A stretch of DNA of 35,657 nt, from NCBI GenBank assembly GCA_038749615.1, contig JBCDHV010000001.1:1-35657 (forward strand), in the 5' to 3' direction. Position 1 is the stretch's first letter. Every line of letters begins with the position of its first letter. Position numbers and translations under genes: made by a program. Below, in pieces: positions 32,804 through 35,657 of the stretch. The notes beneath the pieces are model-generated. The model made no database searches, was not told the DNA's origin, and saw only the letters and a list, made by a program, of their open reading frames with translations. The DNA comes from Bacteroidota bacterium (GTDB lineage Bacteria > Bacteroidota > Rhodothermia > Rhodothermales > DATKEJ01).

Positions 32804-33472
32804 GTGCTCTTTAAACGTCTGATTCCTGCGTCTGCGATCGAGACGGCGCTCTCGGGCTGCGCGCCCGAGGAGACTGACTACAATGCGCTTGCCATCGAAG
32901 CCTCAGCCGCCGTGCTGCAGGACGTAGGCCGCGAGTCGTTTGGTCTGGTCCGGCAGGAAGACTTCGTGCCGGCCCCTGGCAACCGGGCAGCCTGGCTGCT
33001 GCATTGGCCGCTGCACCAAGCCGTCGAGGACGCGCCTCAAGAGACCGATGCGGGGCCGGTGCCCGTCACGCGGACGGATGTCAGGTGGTCGCTCCCGAAA
33101 GCCGGCGGCCAGCTCGTCAGCGTGACCCTAGGCGACGCTCAGTACAGCCCGGCAAGCGCGATCACGTACTATGCCGGCTACGCCTCGTCTGATGTCACGC
33201 TCGAAGACCTGAACGCGGAACTGTTCGCGTGCTACCCCGAGTGGGGCGCGGTGCAACTGACCAAGTTGCCGGCCACCACACCGGACGATCTCGCGCGCGT
33301 CGTCGTCGACTACGCCTGCGGGCTCTGGCAGGAGCGCAACACGCAGTTGTGGGCGCTGAGTTCGACCAGCAAACGCCTGGACTCCGGCGGATCGCCCACC
33401 ACGGTGACGCGCCGGCTCCGCGAGAACTGGAGAGACGCGGTCCTAGCCTCCGCAGCTCACTACCGGAGGTAG
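32804..33472 (+). CDS. Probable head-tail connector/adaptor protein
   Basis: 222 aa with a GTG start. The call rests on position in the head-completion block. Confidence 0.5.
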   Translation: MLFKRLIPASAIETALSGCAPEETDYNALAIEASAAVLQDVGRESFGLVRQEDFVPAPGNRAAWLLHWPLHQAVEDAPQETDAGPVPVTRTDVRWSLPKAGGQLVSVTLGDAQYSPASAITYYAGYASSDVTLEDLNAELFACYPEWGAVQLTKLPATTPDDLARVVVDYACGLWQERNTQLWALSSTSKRLDSGGSPTTVTRRLRENWRDAVLASAAHYRR

Positions 33473-33474
33473 CC

Positions 33475-34023
33475 ATGCAGGTTAGCGTCACCGCCGATCC
33501 GGGCTTCCAGGAACGCTTCTACGGCACCGGCCAAGCCCGTCTCGAAGCAGCCGCCGAAGAAGTGCTTCGCGCCCTACGCGACGAATGGGGCCTTATTGCC
33601 GCGACCGTCTACATGCAAGACGGCCGGCGAGGCTATCCCGAAGACGGGCCGCTGTACCGCCAGTCGGAGCGCCTGAGTGAGGCCGTGCTGGATCCCGAGG
33701 CCAACGTAGATGCTGAACTGACGGTGTCGAGTGACACGGGGACCGTCGTGCTCACCCAGATCGTGCGCGTGCCGTATGCGATGACGCACGAGAAAGGCCG
33801 AAGTGTCACCGTGACACCGGCCATGCGAAACGCCTTCTACGCGCTCTACAAAGACACGGGCGAGCAGAAATACCTCGCCATGTATTTGAGCGAGAAAGCG
33901 GTCTTCGAGATTCCTGCACGGCCCTACGCCGCACCGGCCACGCAAGACCTTGCGTCTAGTCTCACGGCTCTAGCCGCGCCGGCTATGGGAGCGTTCGCAC
34001 GTACCCTGGGAGGTCAGCCGTGA
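33475..34023 (+). CDS. HK97 gp10-like head-tail joining / morphogenesis protein
   Basis: ATG 33475 is preceded by GGAGGT. The segment FEIPARPY is reminiscent of the gp10 family. Confidence 0.5.
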   Translation: MQVSVTADPGFQERFYGTGQARLEAAAEEVLRALRDEWGLIAATVYMQDGRRGYPEDGPLYRQSERLSEAVLDPEANVDAELTVSSDTGTVVLTQIVRVPYAMTHEKGRSVTVTPAMRNAFYALYKDTGEQKYLAMYLSEKAVFEIPARPYAAPATQDLASSLTALAAPAMGAFARTLGGQP

Positions 34024-34493
34024 CGCCTGAAGCCCAGCAGAAGATGCAACTCGTGGCGCAGTGCTGCGAGGACGTCGGGCTGCCAAGGCCCGTCTACTCG
34101 GCCGAGACCGAGTGCAAGCGGGCCAAGCGCCCAAGCCTGGCTGTCCGGCCGCTGCCTGGCGGCGTGCGCATCAACCCAAATGTAGACGGCCGGCGCATCG
34201 GCGAGCCAACGCAGCGCGTGCTCGGCGTGATCTACAACGTCACGCTCCGCTGGAACAGCGCCAGTTTTGACGCGCGCGTCCGGCTCGCTGTCAAGCTCAT
34301 GAGCATGCTCGACACCCGCGGCCGGTACTGTTTTCCCGCCTTCGATGTCATTCGCAACGGAGTCGATGTCGACGAGTGCCCGCCGGAGAGTGGGCATGCC
34401 GTCTTCATGTTCAGATACACCGCCTTTTACCCGCAGGAGCAGACCGCCACCCCAGACTTCATCGACGGCCACCCGGCCGACACGTACCACTAG
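34020..34493 (+). CDS. Probable tail-completion protein
   Basis: A GTGA overlap and the SD GGGAGGT support the start. The call rests on position. Confidence 0.5.
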   Translation: MTPEAQQKMQLVAQCCEDVGLPRPVYSAETECKRAKRPSLAVRPLPGGVRINPNVDGRRIGEPTQRVLGVIYNVTLRWNSASFDARVRLAVKLMSMLDTRGRYCFPAFDVIRNGVDVDECPPESGHAVFMFRYTAFYPQEQTATPDFIDGHPADTYH

Positions 34494-34500
34494 ACCCGCC

Positions 34501-34782
34501 ATGTTCCGAACGATCCGCATCACCAAAGCGCTCTTGGGCGACGGCACCGAGATCACGCACCCAGCTGGCACCGTGCTCACGCCGGCGCAGGCCGAAGCGG
34601 TGCCCGAACGCCTCCGGCGCACGCTCGCAGACGCGTCCCTGCCTTGGCCGCCTCCTCTGCGTCCTGAGACGGGACGGCCGGATGCCCCCGCACCAGAAGC
34701 GCCTGCCAAGACTCGCAAACGCAAGCCGGCTCTCCCCTCCAAGGACGGAGACGGCGCGCCCACTCCAACCGACGAGAGCTAG
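34501..34782 (+). CDS. Hypothetical protein with Pro-rich C-terminus, 93 aa
   Basis: I use an internal ATG of ORF 34345..34782, immediately followed by the next start (TAGATG). Confidence 0.45.
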   Translation: MFRTIRITKALLGDGTEITHPAGTVLTPAQAEAVPERLRRTLADASLPWPPPLRPETGRPDAPAPEAPAKTRKRKPALPSKDGDGAPTPTDES

Positions 34783-35657
34783 ATGTCCATCAACCGCAAC
34801 ACGTACGGCAACAAGACGATCCGCCACGGTGGCAACGAGCTTTTCGCCATGATTGCCGACGCGACGGACGTGCGCCGAATCTTCCGCGACGGCTCGCGCT
34901 CGGCCGGCCTGCACAGCTTCGGCCAACTCCAAGACTTCACGCCGGCCACCGGCTTCCAGAAGAGCGAGCAAGCCGGCATCGATGGGAGTCCGTACCTCTC
35001 GTCGGTCACCTACGCGCCCAGTTTCGCGGGCACGATGCTCAACTACTCGACGCCGTTTCACCGGCTCCTCGATTACCTGAAGCGCAACCGCGTCCCGCTG
35101 GCCTACTTCGCCCGCGAAGGCGAGGTCTCCGAGGTGTTGGGGGCTGAGGCCTGCGGTCTGCCAACCCCGGTCGGATACGAGCGCCGCATCCTCTTCCTGC
35201 TCTGCGACGGCTCGGTTCAGCAGGAGACCCTGCCGCAGATCGCTGCTGGCACGACGCCCGCCATTCCGGTTACCTTCACGGGCCGGCGCCAGCTCGTCGT
35301 CGAAGACTTCGTCTACGCTGGCGGCAACCCGTTCTTCGCTTCAGCTCCCGTCTGGATCCGCGACCTCATCGACCCGGTGGTGCCGGCGACCAAAAGTCTC
35401 GAATCGCTCGTCGCCCACTTGACCCCGACGGACTACCGCAGCTTCGCCTTTGCTGGCGCTGCGATGAGCGAGCCCTTTGGCGTTTACGGGGCTGAACCCC
35501 TGAGTGCTGAACCCTCGGGTGGCGTGCTCTACCTCGACGGTGGAGCCGAGTTTGCCAAGGCCGTCAAGCTGCCGGGCAGCGCGCAGATCCGCATCCCGAA
35601 CGTGGGCCTCGGTACCAAGCACACGATCATTGCGCAGCTGCGCCTGCCGGCTACAGG
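34783..35657 (+). CDS. Probable major tail protein, 5-prime partial (runs off the window end)
   Basis: I translated from ATG 34783 by hand and found no stop through 35657 (MSINRNTYGNKTIRHGGNELFAMIADATDV...). It is absent from the ORF track because it has no stop in the window. Confidence 0.6.
   Translation, partial: MSINRNTYGNKTIRHGGNELFAMIADATDVRRIFRDGSRSAGLHSFGQLQDFTPATGFQKSEQAGIDGSPYLSSVTYAPSFAGTMLNYSTPFHRLLDYLKRNRVPLAYFAREGEVSEVLGAEACGLPTPVGYERRILFLLCDGSVQQETLPQIAAGTTPAIPVTFTGRRQLVVEDFVYAGGNPFFASAPVWIRDLIDPVVPATKSLESLVAHLTPTDYRSFAFAGAAMSEPFGVYGAEPLSAEPSGGVLYLDGGAEFAKAVKLPGSAQIRIPNVGLGTKHTIIAQLRLPAT

Larger units (their letters stand above)
246..35657. mobile_element. Integrated temperate tailed-phage genome (int through first tail gene; right end lies outside the window)
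   Basis: Genes run collinearly: integrase, CI-type repressors, replication initiator, amidase/holin, terminase, portal, protease, HK97-type capsid, tail. Adjacent genes show pervasive 4-nt ATGA/GTGA start-stop overlaps. Confidence 0.85.

Noticed and set aside
34014-35061. Minus-strand ORFs of 249 and 200 aa over the tail-proximal genes
   Set aside because: They are antisense to coupled plus-strand genes, and the open-ended plus-strand frame from 34783 is uninterrupted.

Overview
This window holds the left ~35 kb of an integrated temperate tailed phage with lambda-like gene order and an HK97-type head module. The backbone is about 65% GC and its genes use strong Shine-Dalgarno sites. From left to right the window contains:
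- **Integrase:** a tyrosine integrase (246-1550, minus strand).
- **Accessory island:** about 9 kb of compositionally mosaic, mostly lower-GC DNA (about 1.55-10.8 kb). It carries a DprA-like plus HAD-PRTase pair (ShosTA / DprA-PRTase-like), a small membrane protein, an 874-aa HD plus GHKL (Hsp90/MORC-type) ATPase, a 628-aa multi-TM coiled-coil protein (DUF4407-like) and a DUF1353 lipoprotein.
- **Lysogeny operon (minus strand):** a catalytically intact CI/LexA-type repressor, then a CI paralog with both S24 catalytic residues substituted, then a YbjQ-domain/zinc-ribbon protein. The last two genes are bracketed by a 37-bp direct repeat of the repressor 3-prime end.
- **Early operon (plus strand):** a divergent RHH (Cro-analog) gene and a translationally coupled early operon. 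It includes tandem small paralogs, a replication initiator with an internal iteron array, an excisionase-like HTH and MazG.
- **Moron:** a two-gene antisense cassette encoding envelope proteins.
- **Late genes:** lysis genes (amidase, holin, a 512-aa secreted protein), then metallopeptidase-like protein, terminase small and large subunits, portal, prohead protease, major capsid, connectors and the start of a tail gene that runs off the window.

No tRNA, rRNA or CRISPR array was found. The candidates I rate most interesting are the HD-GHKL gene, the repeat-bracketed CI-paralog + YbjQ cassette in the Rex-like position, and the membrane coiled-coil / lipoprotein genes. All functional calls come from motifs read by eye in the translations. 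No database search was run.
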